A DNA stretch of 64,000 nucleotides, taken from NCBI GenBank assembly GCA_000614405.2, contig GCA_000614405.2_3612.1; one strand, given 5' to 3'. Below the pieces are notes generated by a model, which worked only from the letters and a program-made list of their open reading frames with translations, had not been told where the DNA came from and made no database searches. The stretch comes from Escherichia coli O157:H7 str. 2011EL-2287 (GTDB lineage Bacteria; Pseudomonadota; Gammaproteobacteria; Enterobacterales; Enterobacteriaceae). Position numbers and translations under genes: made by a program. Positions 19,005-28,659 of this stretch are shown here, piece after piece (the first letter of the stretch is position 1; each line of letters starts with the position of its first letter).

Positions 19005-19033
19005 TTGACTTTACTCTAACTCCACAATATAGT
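19005..19033 (+). promoter_or_regulatory. sigma70-like promoter for 19074 operon
   Basis: TTGACT-N17-TATAGT followed by TAGGAG RBS and ATG at 19074. Confidence 0.5.
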
Positions 19034-19073
19034 GCACCCATTCGAAAGAAAACTAACATAGGAGCACTTACTT

Positions 19074-19973
19074 ATGGCAAATCTTAACAGTTTTAGTACG
19101 CGGTGGAAACAGGACATAACAACCAATCTTTCAGCTGGGGACATCCTTTCTGCAATTTACGAGGCTTTAGATGATAAAGCTACTTCAAAAGCGGTTTGTA
19201 CCAACCCACTAATTCCTGTAGTGATGAAGGTTATTGAGCGTAGATTGGTATCTGGGTCTGATAAGTGGACATATTTAGATAATGAAGGACACACCTATTC
19301 CAATGGGTACGTCGATATAAAAGTAGAATACGCGGTATCATACCGCCGGAGCGGTTCTGTAACTTTCAACTTCTCTGGAGGTTTTCGATCTCTGGCTACC
19401 TCACCTTTTGTTTCCTCAGAGGAGAAGTATGAGCTGCCATTTCTTTGGATGATGGCTAACGCGACAGGAAAAACCCCCGTTAGCATCCGAGTAAAATACA
19501 ACTACAACGGATCTAGTAAGATCTGTGCCGAAAGTGTCTCAGCAAGTTTTTATTTTGTGATGGGGGATGGAATCCTCAAACATATAAAGATGTGCGATAT
19601 GCATGATGTTATAAATGAAGTGACTGATAAGAATGTTCTAGTGAAAGACCTCAACAATTTTTATACACCCGGAGACTATTACGTCAGCCGTCCACTGTGC
19701 ATCTTTAATGCCGCACACCCTCTAGGTGAGTATTTGATCGCCAATAGCGATATTGCCAATAACCGCTTCGAGGTAGCAAGAGTTCAGAATGAGGTATTGA
19801 CATCTTGCAAGAGCGGTGATAAGTTTACCGAAGAAGAGATGGGTGTTTTAGAAATGATGGGATATAAGTGTAGCCTTTGGGTAGATGAGGTGTTTAATGA
19901 TTGCATCTATGGACAGGATATTTACCCATTAAAGAAGTATACTGATACAAGTTTAATTTATGCGAGGGTTTGA
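19074..19973 (+). CDS. hypothetical protein
   Basis: 299-aa ORF with RBS, first gene of rightward block. Confidence 0.45.
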   Translation: MANLNSFSTRWKQDITTNLSAGDILSAIYEALDDKATSKAVCTNPLIPVVMKVIERRLVSGSDKWTYLDNEGHTYSNGYVDIKVEYAVSYRRSGSVTFNFSGGFRSLATSPFVSSEEKYELPFLWMMANATGKTPVSIRVKYNYNGSSKICAESVSASFYFVMGDGILKHIKMCDMHDVINEVTDKNVLVKDLNNFYTPGDYYVSRPLCIFNAAHPLGEYLIANSDIANNRFEVARVQNEVLTSCKSGDKFTEEEMGVLEMMGYKCSLWVDEVFNDCIYGQDIYPLKKYTDTSLIYARV

Positions 19974-20248
19974 CTATGATGAAGGCATGTGGTAATGTAT
20001 ATTACGTCGGTGAACATGTTCAGGCAGACAGTGTGTGGAAATCTATTAAGTCCACCACTGACGATGCCTTTCTGAGTGGACTATGTTTCCCCAATCCGGG
20101 AGACATCCTCCCTCATCCTGGAGATTTTGTTGTCAACAAGATGGACGGTTATACCGTGTGCCTGATGGTTGAAAAAATCTTTTTAGACACTAGACACAAT
20201 CACCGTCTTGTGTTAAAATTTCAAGAATGTAAAATGACAATTGCCTAA
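19970..20248 (+). CDS. hypothetical protein
   Basis: ORF overlapping upstream stop. Confidence 0.35.
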   Translation: MTMMKACGNVYYVGEHVQADSVWKSIKSTTDDAFLSGLCFPNPGDILPHPGDFVVNKMDGYTVCLMVEKIFLDTRHNHRLVLKFQECKMTIA

Positions 20249-20618
20249 GGAGACCTTACCGATGTCTAAAGTTACTTATCGTGCAGCTATTTACTGCAAT
20301 GAACACCCAATCAATAATGATGGTCACTGCCTTTTTAAAGAAAATCAATTGGGCTGTATTGTCCTCCCTGATGAAGGGAAAGGTTATCTGATTGCATTGA
20401 CAGGGTTTGAACCTGAAGCTCTGGAAGCCAATCTGGACTACCTGGTAGAAGAGGGTGCTGCAGACCTGGTTGCCAATGGCTTCTCCATAAGCCTTGACGA
20501 AGTGGAGCGCTTCATGGGCAATTACCGTGTAGTGCGTGAGTTTACTATCGAGGTGGAAACTCCAGAGTGGGGTAGCCATGAAACTAATGCCGAAGAAAAA
20601 GAAGAGGAGGTAGAATAA
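20241..20618 (+). CDS. hypothetical acidic protein
   Basis: ORF with RBS AAGGAGA. Confidence 0.4.
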   Translation: MPKETLPMSKVTYRAAIYCNEHPINNDGHCLFKENQLGCIVLPDEGKGYLIALTGFEPEALEANLDYLVEEGAADLVANGFSISLDEVERFMGNYRVVREFTIEVETPEWGSHETNAEEKEEEVE

Positions 20619-20875
20619 TGAAAGTGCAGATCTTGACTAATGCCGAGAAGATGTTTATTGAAGATACACCTTTTGAAGCTGGTGAGCTACAGTTCATTTA
20701 TTTTGTTGACTTAGATAAGGTGTTCCCTGCACTGAATCTTGGTCTGGATGAAGTTCCTCATAAGGTTTTGTGCCAAGTTGTTCGTGCATTAGCGGCAGAT
20801 GGGGAGTTCCACACCCTTGAAGATGTCCAGACCTACGGGTATCTTGAACTACAACGAGAAGAAGAGGTGGACTGA
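20618..20875 (+). CDS. hypothetical protein
   Basis: ORF, start overlaps upstream stop. Confidence 0.4.
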   Translation: MKVQILTNAEKMFIEDTPFEAGELQFIYFVDLDKVFPALNLGLDEVPHKVLCQVVRALAADGEFHTLEDVQTYGYLELQREEEVD

Positions 20876-20877
20876 TA

Positions 20878-21258
20878 ATGGCCCTGTGGAAGACAACAGT
20901 TGACCTTCATGATCAGTGGTTAGGACGCATCACTGAAGACGGGAAGCTAGTGGAGTGGGACAATAAGCATGTTAGCGAGTTGGCAAGTATTGTGGCTGGC
21001 AAGTTACGCTCCAAGTTCCCTGAACAACTGGATCCTGATAGTTCAAAGTTCGATCCTGAGTTGGAGGATGTTGTATACTACTTCGACACCGTTGATGACT
21101 ACGACGCGTGGTTTGCAGCACGGGAACTTTACCCACAAGGCTCTGCTATGCGTCAGATGGAAGAAGATTATCCTCCGTGTGAGCAATTCAATAGTGCAAT
21201 GACTTGCCTCTATGATTGGGCAGATAAGAACCTTGTCTGGATTCGGACTGCATTTTAG
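20878..21258 (+). CDS. hypothetical protein
   Basis: ORF in operon. Confidence 0.4.
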   Translation: MALWKTTVDLHDQWLGRITEDGKLVEWDNKHVSELASIVAGKLRSKFPEQLDPDSSKFDPELEDVVYYFDTVDDYDAWFAARELYPQGSAMRQMEEDYPPCEQFNSAMTCLYDWADKNLVWIRTAF

Positions 21259-21302
21259 TGGGCAGGAATGGCGGCAAGGATGCTGCTTAAGGAGTAGTAG
21301 AG

Positions 21303-21572
21303 ATGTTATACCAGCAATATGAACTTCGTGCAGAAAAAGAGTTAAATTTTGACAAAGATATTCACAGATATTATTATGGGAAAGTTAGAGGGCAAGCAAG
21401 AAAGTGTACTCCAACACTCTTTTATGCCAGCAGACGACTAGCGCCAGAAGAGGCAACAGCAGAAAGGGTTGCGTACAACTGGAGAGTCACGTATGATATT
21501 GACAGATTCGATGTGATATCTGTTTTGGAAAACTTTGAAAACACTTACACACAAGTAGAGGACTTTTACTAA
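21303..21572 (+). CDS. hypothetical protein
   Basis: ORF in operon. Confidence 0.4.
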   Translation: MLYQQYELRAEKELNFDKDIHRYYYGKVRGQARKCTPTLFYASRRLAPEEATAERVAYNWRVTYDIDRFDVISVLENFENTYTQVEDFY

Positions 21573-22756
21573 TGTCAAGAAACGTATTCGAAAGTGGTCA
21601 AATCACTGTCCGTGAGTTGCCAGCTATTATTCAGTTTGCCCAACGTCATAGCCGATCTGTCCTAATTTTGGGACCAATGGGTGTGGGTAAAAGCCAGGTG
21701 ATGAAGCAGATCGCTGATAATATGTTCGGTGAGCGAGATGACAACCTTGTTGACGTGCGACTGTCAGATAAAGATCCTGCCGACTTATCTGGGCTACCTA
21801 TCCCTGTAGAAGCGGATGGAACTACACGTACAGTGTTTGCAATTCCAGAATTTTGGCCTGCGGATCCTGACTGGAGCGGAATTATCTTTCTGGATGAGCT
21901 CACTCATGCAGATAACTACCTGCAAAAGGTTGCAATGCAAATTATGCTTGACCACAAGTGCGGCACCTATGCATTCCCTAAGGGTTCTGTTTTTGTGGCT
22001 GCGGGTAACCGTTCTACAGATGGTGCGGTTCTTTCGGCGCTCGAAGCCCCTCTGGCTAACCGTTTTATCATTGTAGAGGTTACAAGCAATGCAGAGGTGT
22101 TTATTGAGGACTACGCATTCCTCAACGGGGTTCACTCCTCTGTGATTGGGTATCTGAAAAGAGTTCCATCAGCTATTGATAATTATGAGGCTATGGCTGA
22201 GATTAATTGTCCATCTTTTGCCACACCACGATCTTGGGTTGCTGCATCTGACATCTTGCACGATTTTGACAGCGGTATTATTTCTGACGCTATGGCCCGT
22301 GTTCTTCTGCAAGGTGCTATTGGTCACACTGCAGCGGTAGAGATCTGGACATACCACACCAAGAAACGCAATTTACCGGAAATCGGTCGGATTATGGCAG
22401 GTGGCTGCAAAGAATACATGGGTCCTAAGCAGCCAGACATTTTGTGGATTCTTGGATCTGAAGGTTGTATCGCTATTCGTAACATGATGGAAAATGCAAG
22501 TATCTCAGACGAAGATCTTGTCAGCTGCGTGGCAAACTTCCTAGATTTCCTTTGGGAAAACTTCAAGGACGAGAACCGAGATTTTGTATTCTCAGTCTTT
22601 ATGGCGATGATGAAACCTAATGCCTTAGGAAATGCCTTGCTTATCGGTAAAGGGCGTGACAAGATTGTTGCTCAGCTGATCAAAGCATACCCAAACCTGA
22701 TGAAGATTGTAAAAGAGTTTGGTGAAGAGTTTAGCGCCATTTTGGCTAAAGCTTAA
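21572..22756 (+). CDS. MoxR-type AAA+ ATPase
   Basis: Walker A GPMGVGKS, Walker B IIFLDELTHA, AAA_5-like organisation. Confidence 0.75.
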   Translation: MSRNVFESGQITVRELPAIIQFAQRHSRSVLILGPMGVGKSQVMKQIADNMFGERDDNLVDVRLSDKDPADLSGLPIPVEADGTTRTVFAIPEFWPADPDWSGIIFLDELTHADNYLQKVAMQIMLDHKCGTYAFPKGSVFVAAGNRSTDGAVLSALEAPLANRFIIVEVTSNAEVFIEDYAFLNGVHSSVIGYLKRVPSAIDNYEAMAEINCPSFATPRSWVAASDILHDFDSGIISDAMARVLLQGAIGHTAAVEIWTYHTKKRNLPEIGRIMAGGCKEYMGPKQPDILWILGSEGCIAIRNMMENASISDEDLVSCVANFLDFLWENFKDENRDFVFSVFMAMMKPNALGNALLIGKGRDKIVAQLIKAYPNLMKIVKEFGEEFSAILAKA

Positions 22757-22765
22757 GGGGGTTGT

Positions 22766-23146
22766 ATGGCTAAAGTAGGTAAGCGGGGAAACTACCTGGT
22801 GGTATTGACCGAGGAGCCGGAGAAGGAGTACGAATGCAGCTCCACTTGCGTGATCGATATCCGAGAAAAAGATGTAGATGAAATCTGGTTTAAAATATTG
22901 GACGCTTGCGATAGCAGTGATTATTTCTTCATCTATGTCAACGATAAGGCTGGGTTCTTCCATGACGACGGAGAGTTGCCGTATGAAATCTATGAACTTG
23001 TAGAGGCTTGCCATCGTGGAGATGCGGAGTTGTTTGGCTTACGGCTGAAAAGCGGTAAATTCTTCTATCAAGATGAGTGCATGAATCTTCATAACTTTGT
23101 AGAGGGAACTTGCAACGATGGAGAGATTTTGGCACACTACGATTAA
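22766..23146 (+). CDS. hypothetical protein
   Basis: ORF with RBS, ends before terminator. Confidence 0.4.
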   Translation: MAKVGKRGNYLVVLTEEPEKEYECSSTCVIDIREKDVDEIWFKILDACDSSDYFFIYVNDKAGFFHDDGELPYEIYELVEACHRGDAELFGLRLKSGKFFYQDECMNLHNFVEGTCNDGEILAHYD

Positions 23147-23156
23147 TTTCTAAGAC

Positions 23157-23187
23157 CTCCCCCGCTTCGGCGGGGATTTTCTATTTG
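23157..23187 (+). terminator. rho-independent terminator
   Basis: Hairpin CCCCCGC-TTCG-GCGGGG followed by ATTTTCTATTT. Confidence 0.55.
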
Positions 23188-23195
23188 GAGTTATT

Positions 23196-23696
23196 GTGAA
23201 AATTAAGATCTTTGCTATTATTTTGAGCGCATTTTTATCGCTGCCTGTTGTTGCAGCACCAAAACAAAAAGTATATCATACTTGCAAGCCCTCAGATACT
23301 AAGGAAAACATTCTGGCATGCAATATCTACAGGGAGGCTAGAGGGGATGGCACGATGGGTATGCTGGCATCCGGGTTTGCCACACTAAACAGGAAATCTC
23401 ACCCCAAATACCCAGACACTATAAGAAAGATTGTCTACCAACCTAACCAGTTTTCGTGGACAAACCACGGCAAAACTTTTAAGGTGACAGAAAAAGATTC
23501 ATGGGATCACGCTAAAAGTCTTGCAAAGATGCTTCTAAAGGTCTATAATAACAACCATGTTGCATACATGGCTATGGACATAACAGGTGGAGCAACACAC
23601 TACCATACAACCAAAGTACGACCGAAATGGGCAAAAAAGATGCAGAGGACAGCTCAATTCGGGAGTCATATCTACTACAAGGAGCGCAATAAATGA
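23196..23696 (+). CDS. secreted SleB-like cell wall hydrolase (Hydrolase_2 family)
   Basis: GTG start with RBS; N-terminal signal peptide (MKIKIFAIILSAFLSLPVVAAP); motifs NIYREARGD, ATLNRKSHPKYPDTI, QPNQFSW. Confidence 0.7.
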   Translation: MKIKIFAIILSAFLSLPVVAAPKQKVYHTCKPSDTKENILACNIYREARGDGTMGMLASGFATLNRKSHPKYPDTIRKIVYQPNQFSWTNHGKTFKVTEKDSWDHAKSLAKMLLKVYNNNHVAYMAMDITGGATHYHTTKVRPKWAKKMQRTAQFGSHIYYKERNK

Positions 23697-25675
23697 TTGT
23701 AAACAGTAATGAAACTAAAGCAGTACTAACCGGAAATATGGAGGTCACCAGGGGCTCAATTTCTCTGAACAAAGAGACTTTTGGGCTAATCATTAAAGGG
23801 ATTTACGAAGATAAGGTGCTGGCAAGCTGCCGTGAACCAATCTTCAATGCTGTGGACTCCCATGTTGAGTCTGGACGGGGTGATGTACCGATCATCATTC
23901 ACTCCCCTACAGACCTTGAACCATACTTCTTTGTGCAGGACGTTGGATTGGGCATGTCAGAAGAGATGGTCCGCAACACTTTCATGAACCTCGGGGAGTC
24001 AACCAAGCGCAACAGCAACGCTCTGGTAGGTAATAAAGGTGTTGGTTCAAAGGCTCCGTTCAGCATGGTGGACACTTTCGATGTTATCAGTGTGCACAAT
24101 GGTGTTGAAAGCACATATCTATTGTTCTTGGATCAGGGTATCCCAAACGTTACCAAGATCCGCGAGCGGAAGACTGAAGAGCACAACGGGGTAAAAGTTC
24201 AGTTTCATGTTAAGAAAGAGCATGTCCTGAAATATCGCACTGCTATTGCATCGTGCTTACGCTATGCGAAGTTTCCGTTCACCGTCACCGATCCCATGAC
24301 TAGTAAGATGTTAGAAGGTGACAAGGTTGAGGCGCAGTATCGCTACGAGAAAGATGGTTGGAAAATGACTATCCTGAAAGGTTATACCAGCTCTGATGAG
24401 AGCCGTGTGGTGATGGGACACCAACCTTACCGCTCTAAGTTTCTGGAAACATTGACCGATTACCCTGCAATCTGCGTGGAAATTCCTATTGGGGATTGCA
24501 ATATTAACCCTGGGCGTGAATGGACCATAGAGGGCCATGACGACGGTGGATTCCAGGATCGCCTGGAGGCCTTTGTCAAAGAAGGTATACGTCTTCGCGG
24601 GGCAGAAGTTGTTGCAGAACTGGAGACGGCAAAAACCTCCGCAGAAGCACGTGAAATGATGAAGAATAGTGGAGTGTTCGGACACATCTTCGGCAAAAAC
24701 TTTATGTGGAACCGTTGGGAAGAAACAGGGCTTGGCGACTTAGGCGATTGTGAAATTTTCGCTGGCGGCTTAAATAAAGGCCGCATAGGCTATGCCAGTT
24801 ACGGGAAGTCGGAGTTCTTACGAGGCGTATACCTTGTATTTAACGACGGAGACGGCAAATATAACCGAAATAAGTGTAACTACTTAAGCGAGATCACCGG
24901 ACGCAACGTTTTCTATTGCCGTAACACGGATCTGGTGGAAGAGTTTAAAGAAGCGGCACACCACCCGTTCTTTGCAGATACGGTCAAATTGTTATCAGAA
25001 CTCCCTCGCCGACCTGTCAAGAAAGGTGAAACAAAAACTCGTTATGAGCCAGGCTATTGGGTTAAAAAACTTGAGAAGGATGGTTACTTCCGCCGTGAGC
25101 GTATTACTAAGGCAGAGTTCCGGAAGATTAAACACTGCATCCCTTATGAGGGTGATATCCAACGTGGAAGTTGTTGGCTGGGGCAGATGAGTAACATCTA
25201 CCAGCAAGATTATGACCGTGTACGTGCGGCACTTCAGATTCCTGAAGGTGAAGATCTGTATCTGGTATCTGAATCTCGTCTGCTTTGGACTGATCCTGAT
25301 TGCCAGTATGTTACAGAGAAGAATGTGGAGCACCTGTTGAAAGAGGATGCTTGGAAATTCTTACTGACCCGTGCAGCAAATGAGACTTCTTATGACAGCC
25401 TGTATAGACAATTAGGGAAAATTATTCCCATGCAAGATTTTGGAAATTATCGGCCACATTTCCACAAGTGGGAAGGTAACACCACGTGGAAGCACAGTGA
25501 GCTAAATCATCGTGCCAAAATCTTAATCGCCAACCGAGTTAAATGCGGGAAGGCCTATATTGCAAGATTGGAAAAGAAATACCCGCTTTTGAAGCATGTA
25601 GGCTTGAAATATTGGGACACTCCTGCTATGATTGAATACCGTGAACTGATCGATACAAAGAATAACATCAAATAA
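23693..25675 (+). CDS. rIIA-like protein with N-terminal GHKL ATPase domain
   Basis: GHKL boxes: N-box REPIFNAVDS, G1 VQDVGLGMS, G2 GNKGVGSKA; ~660 aa followed by a ~400-aa partner, as in rIIA-rIIB. Confidence 0.55.
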   Translation: MIVNSNETKAVLTGNMEVTRGSISLNKETFGLIIKGIYEDKVLASCREPIFNAVDSHVESGRGDVPIIIHSPTDLEPYFFVQDVGLGMSEEMVRNTFMNLGESTKRNSNALVGNKGVGSKAPFSMVDTFDVISVHNGVESTYLLFLDQGIPNVTKIRERKTEEHNGVKVQFHVKKEHVLKYRTAIASCLRYAKFPFTVTDPMTSKMLEGDKVEAQYRYEKDGWKMTILKGYTSSDESRVVMGHQPYRSKFLETLTDYPAICVEIPIGDCNINPGREWTIEGHDDGGFQDRLEAFVKEGIRLRGAEVVAELETAKTSAEAREMMKNSGVFGHIFGKNFMWNRWEETGLGDLGDCEIFAGGLNKGRIGYASYGKSEFLRGVYLVFNDGDGKYNRNKCNYLSEITGRNVFYCRNTDLVEEFKEAAHHPFFADTVKLLSELPRRPVKKGETKTRYEPGYWVKKLEKDGYFRRERITKAEFRKIKHCIPYEGDIQRGSCWLGQMSNIYQQDYDRVRAALQIPEGEDLYLVSESRLLWTDPDCQYVTEKNVEHLLKEDAWKFLLTRAANETSYDSLYRQLGKIIPMQDFGNYRPHFHKWEGNTTWKHSELNHRAKILIANRVKCGKAYIARLEKKYPLLKHVGLKYWDTPAMIEYRELIDTKNNIK

Positions 25676-25685
25676 GGAGACCAAG

Positions 25686-26891
25686 ATGATTTTCATCTAC
25701 GAACATTTCAAAACTCGTAAAGAAGCACGCGACCGCCGTGCAGAACTTGAGAAGAAGGGTTTCACATGTGCCATTGAGAAAGGTGACACAACCTGGACAC
25801 TGGCAGTGGGTGCCCCAGAATTGTTCGATCCTGACCGTGACAGCGTCTGCTACACCCGTGAGGATTTTGAAACCCGTGAAGAGGCCCGTCTATTTCGATA
25901 TGGGCTGGAAGATAACGGTAAGTACGCCATGATCTTAGACTTAGGCGAAGGTTCCGTTAAACGTTGGGGCGTGATATACCCACTGTGTGTTGTTCACGGT
26001 GTGGGGTTCACCGGGGTGGCAATCAAGTCAGAAGAACCTTTAGTAGAAGTCAAAGACCCGGTGCTGGAGGTGGTGAGCAGTGTGTCTCAGCAACAGACTC
26101 GAAGCATCGAGCCTTTAGTAGTTATTTGTGGGGAACTCCTCCAGATCACCTGCAACGAAGGCATTTTTGAAATTCGCCGCAGCGAAAGTGAGGAAGTTTA
26201 CCAGAAAGTCTTCGACCATATCTCTGTTCAGGAATATGATGAGGCAATTGGTGAAATCCTTGTCTGGCTGGAACGCAAGAATGAGTTCACCACACTTGCA
26301 GACAACCTGATCATGAAAGATGGTAAGCTCTACTACTACGGTGTAGAGATGCGATCCACCATTGCAAAGAAAATTGAGAAAGACTATGCAGACGGAACAC
26401 TGGATGACCGCTATGTGAAATTCCTCGTTCGCCTGCTACGCAATCCTTCTGCAAAATCTGTAAACATGCTCTACGATTTTATGCAGGCCAACGATATCCA
26501 GATTGCAGAAGATGGTCGAATCATTTGCTACAAAGGGGTTCAGTTTAACGGCAGCAAGTGGGTGGATTGGCACAGTGGTAAAGTTCCACAATACCAGGGT
26601 GCTTTTGTATCCATGCCTCGTAACTTTGTAGAGGATGATCCTGAAGCTGCGTGCTCCTATGGCTTACACTGCGCCAGCAAGGAGTATGCAAAGAGCTACG
26701 GCACTGTAATGACTGTCATGGTTGACCCTGCAGATGTGGTTAGTGTGCCATACCAACACAATAGCGCTAAGTGCCGTGCATGCCGCTATGAGATTGTGGT
26801 AGCTCCGGAAGCACGCAAGGACGGAGACCCGATTGAATACGTGGTTGACCGAGACGGTAACACTATCGACATTCTTTACGAGGAGGCGTAA
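25686..26891 (+). CDS. putative rIIB-like protein
   Basis: Assigned by synteny only (immediately downstream of rIIA-like gene, size ~400 aa); no motif verified. Confidence 0.35.
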   Translation: MIFIYEHFKTRKEARDRRAELEKKGFTCAIEKGDTTWTLAVGAPELFDPDRDSVCYTREDFETREEARLFRYGLEDNGKYAMILDLGEGSVKRWGVIYPLCVVHGVGFTGVAIKSEEPLVEVKDPVLEVVSSVSQQQTRSIEPLVVICGELLQITCNEGIFEIRRSESEEVYQKVFDHISVQEYDEAIGEILVWLERKNEFTTLADNLIMKDGKLYYYGVEMRSTIAKKIEKDYADGTLDDRYVKFLVRLLRNPSAKSVNMLYDFMQANDIQIAEDGRIICYKGVQFNGSKWVDWHSGKVPQYQGAFVSMPRNFVEDDPEAACSYGLHCASKEYAKSYGTVMTVMVDPADVVSVPYQHNSAKCRACRYEIVVAPEARKDGDPIEYVVDRDGNTIDILYEEA

Positions 26892-28261
26892 TGGAAAAAG
26901 GGCAGTATGATGTAGGCACAGATGCTGCCCTCGTTGCAATCATGAGCGGTGAGAATGTCTTCGTTTCAGGACCCGCAGGTTGTGGGAAGACGTACCTCAT
27001 CAACATGATCCAGTCAATGTATGGAGACTCTTGCATAACGGTTGCCCCGACAGGGGTAGCCGCTTTAAACGTTAATGGAGCAACAGCACACCGAACCTTC
27101 GATCTTGCAGCAGGTGTGAGCATGGAGTCAGACTGGACCGCAATAAGGGCAAAAACAGCAAAGCCTTTGAAAAGCAAGGCATTTACCATCCTAATTATCG
27201 ATGAAATCTCTATGATCCGTGCTGATAAGTTTATAGAGATGGATAGGAAACTCCGCTTCCTTCGAAAAAATGACAAACCTTTCGGAGGCATACAGGTCAT
27301 ATTGTTTGGCGATTTTTACCAGGCACCTCCTGTTGTCTCTTCTATGGAGAAGGAAGCCTACTTCAACTTCTACCATACGGACCTGTGTTGCTACACCGAA
27401 TCTTGGAAAGAACTTGACCTCCACAACATAGCTCTAATAGATCAGTTCCGACAGGAGTCTATTCGATTTGCCACAATGCTCAACTGTGTTCGTGAGGGTC
27501 GTCGCATAAAAGAGGTTGTAGCAGAACTTAATGCTCGCTGTTACAAAGGCGGTGTACCAACAGACGCTCTCACAATTTGCGCCACCAACAAACAAGCAGA
27601 GGAAGTGAACAGAAGGTTCTATGATGCCATCAACGCCCCAGAGAAGGTATACACTGGTGAAATGAAGGGTAAGTTTCCCTCCACCCTGCCAGTTGAGCAG
27701 GAGATGAAGTTGAAAATTGGCATGAAAGTTATGATAACCGCCAACGATGTTGACCCGACGCACAAAGTACCTTATTATGTTAACGGAACACGTGCCACAA
27801 TTGTTAAATTTAAGAACAAGGCAGTGGTGGTAGAGCTTGAAGATGGAACACAGGTTGACATAGAGCAGAGGTTGTGGGAGAATAACGAGTATAAGCCCTC
27901 TCAGAGATACAACATTGCAGAAAGGAAGATGGAGAAGTTTATAGAGAGGGTAGTGATTGGGTCATACAAGCAACTTCCTCTGAAATCTGGGTACGCCGTA
28001 ACATCTCATAAAAGTCAAGGACTTACTCTAGATTGTTACAACCTAGACCTTGGAAAGAACGGAGCTTTCTCTCCTGGGATGACGTATGTCGCTTTGAGTA
28101 GAGTTAAGACAATACAGGGAATAAACTTGTTGCGTCCACTAAGAGAAGTTGACATTATTGTTGACCCGCGAGTCGTAGAGTTTTACAATACAACATTCCC
28201 TGACTTAGACAAAATTGTCAGGAAAGATTTTGAAACCAGAGCAGAAGAGGGGGACGTATGA
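26891..28261 (+). CDS. dda: Dda-like SF1 DNA helicase
   Basis: Walker A GPAGCGKT, Walker B IIDEISM, GDFYQAPPV, motif VI VTSHKSQGLT; ~456 aa. Confidence 0.8.
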   Translation: MEKGQYDVGTDAALVAIMSGENVFVSGPAGCGKTYLINMIQSMYGDSCITVAPTGVAALNVNGATAHRTFDLAAGVSMESDWTAIRAKTAKPLKSKAFTILIIDEISMIRADKFIEMDRKLRFLRKNDKPFGGIQVILFGDFYQAPPVVSSMEKEAYFNFYHTDLCCYTESWKELDLHNIALIDQFRQESIRFATMLNCVREGRRIKEVVAELNARCYKGGVPTDALTICATNKQAEEVNRRFYDAINAPEKVYTGEMKGKFPSTLPVEQEMKLKIGMKVMITANDVDPTHKVPYYVNGTRATIVKFKNKAVVVELEDGTQVDIEQRLWENNEYKPSQRYNIAERKMEKFIERVVIGSYKQLPLKSGYAVTSHKSQGLTLDCYNLDLGKNGAFSPGMTYVALSRVKTIQGINLLRPLREVDIIVDPRVVEFYNTTFPDLDKIVRKDFETRAEEGDV

Positions 28262-28599
28262 GTTTGTGGAGAAATATCGTTAACTACGTGTGTGGCAATC
28301 CAACTCCTGAAGAGAAGGATGTTGTGATTCACGATTTTACTAAAAGATCTCGTGAAAAAGATCTACTGCTAACAAAGGTGACTGATAAAGATCCTGCAGT
28401 AGGGGACTGGGCAGGTTTTGCGTTTACATCGGACGAATACACCTTTAACAAAGGTGACTACCTTGTTGTGGATTTTAACGAAGACATTGAGGGTGCTGAA
28501 CCTTACTATCAAACCCTTATTGTTGCAGGGTGTGTTAATCTCTCTGCAGGTATGCACAGTTTGATTCTTTTTGAGCTTGACTCTGAAGACCTTCAGTAG
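28258..28599 (+). CDS. hypothetical protein
   Basis: ORF overlapping dda stop (ATGA). Confidence 0.4.
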   Translation: MSLWRNIVNYVCGNPTPEEKDVVIHDFTKRSREKDLLLTKVTDKDPAVGDWAGFAFTSDEYTFNKGDYLVVDFNEDIEGAEPYYQTLIVAGCVNLSAGMHSLILFELDSEDLQ

Positions 28600-28659
28600 T
28601 AAGATGTAAGTCTAAAGGGGAGGCACTCCTCCCCACAAAAACTAAGGAAGCACTAAACG

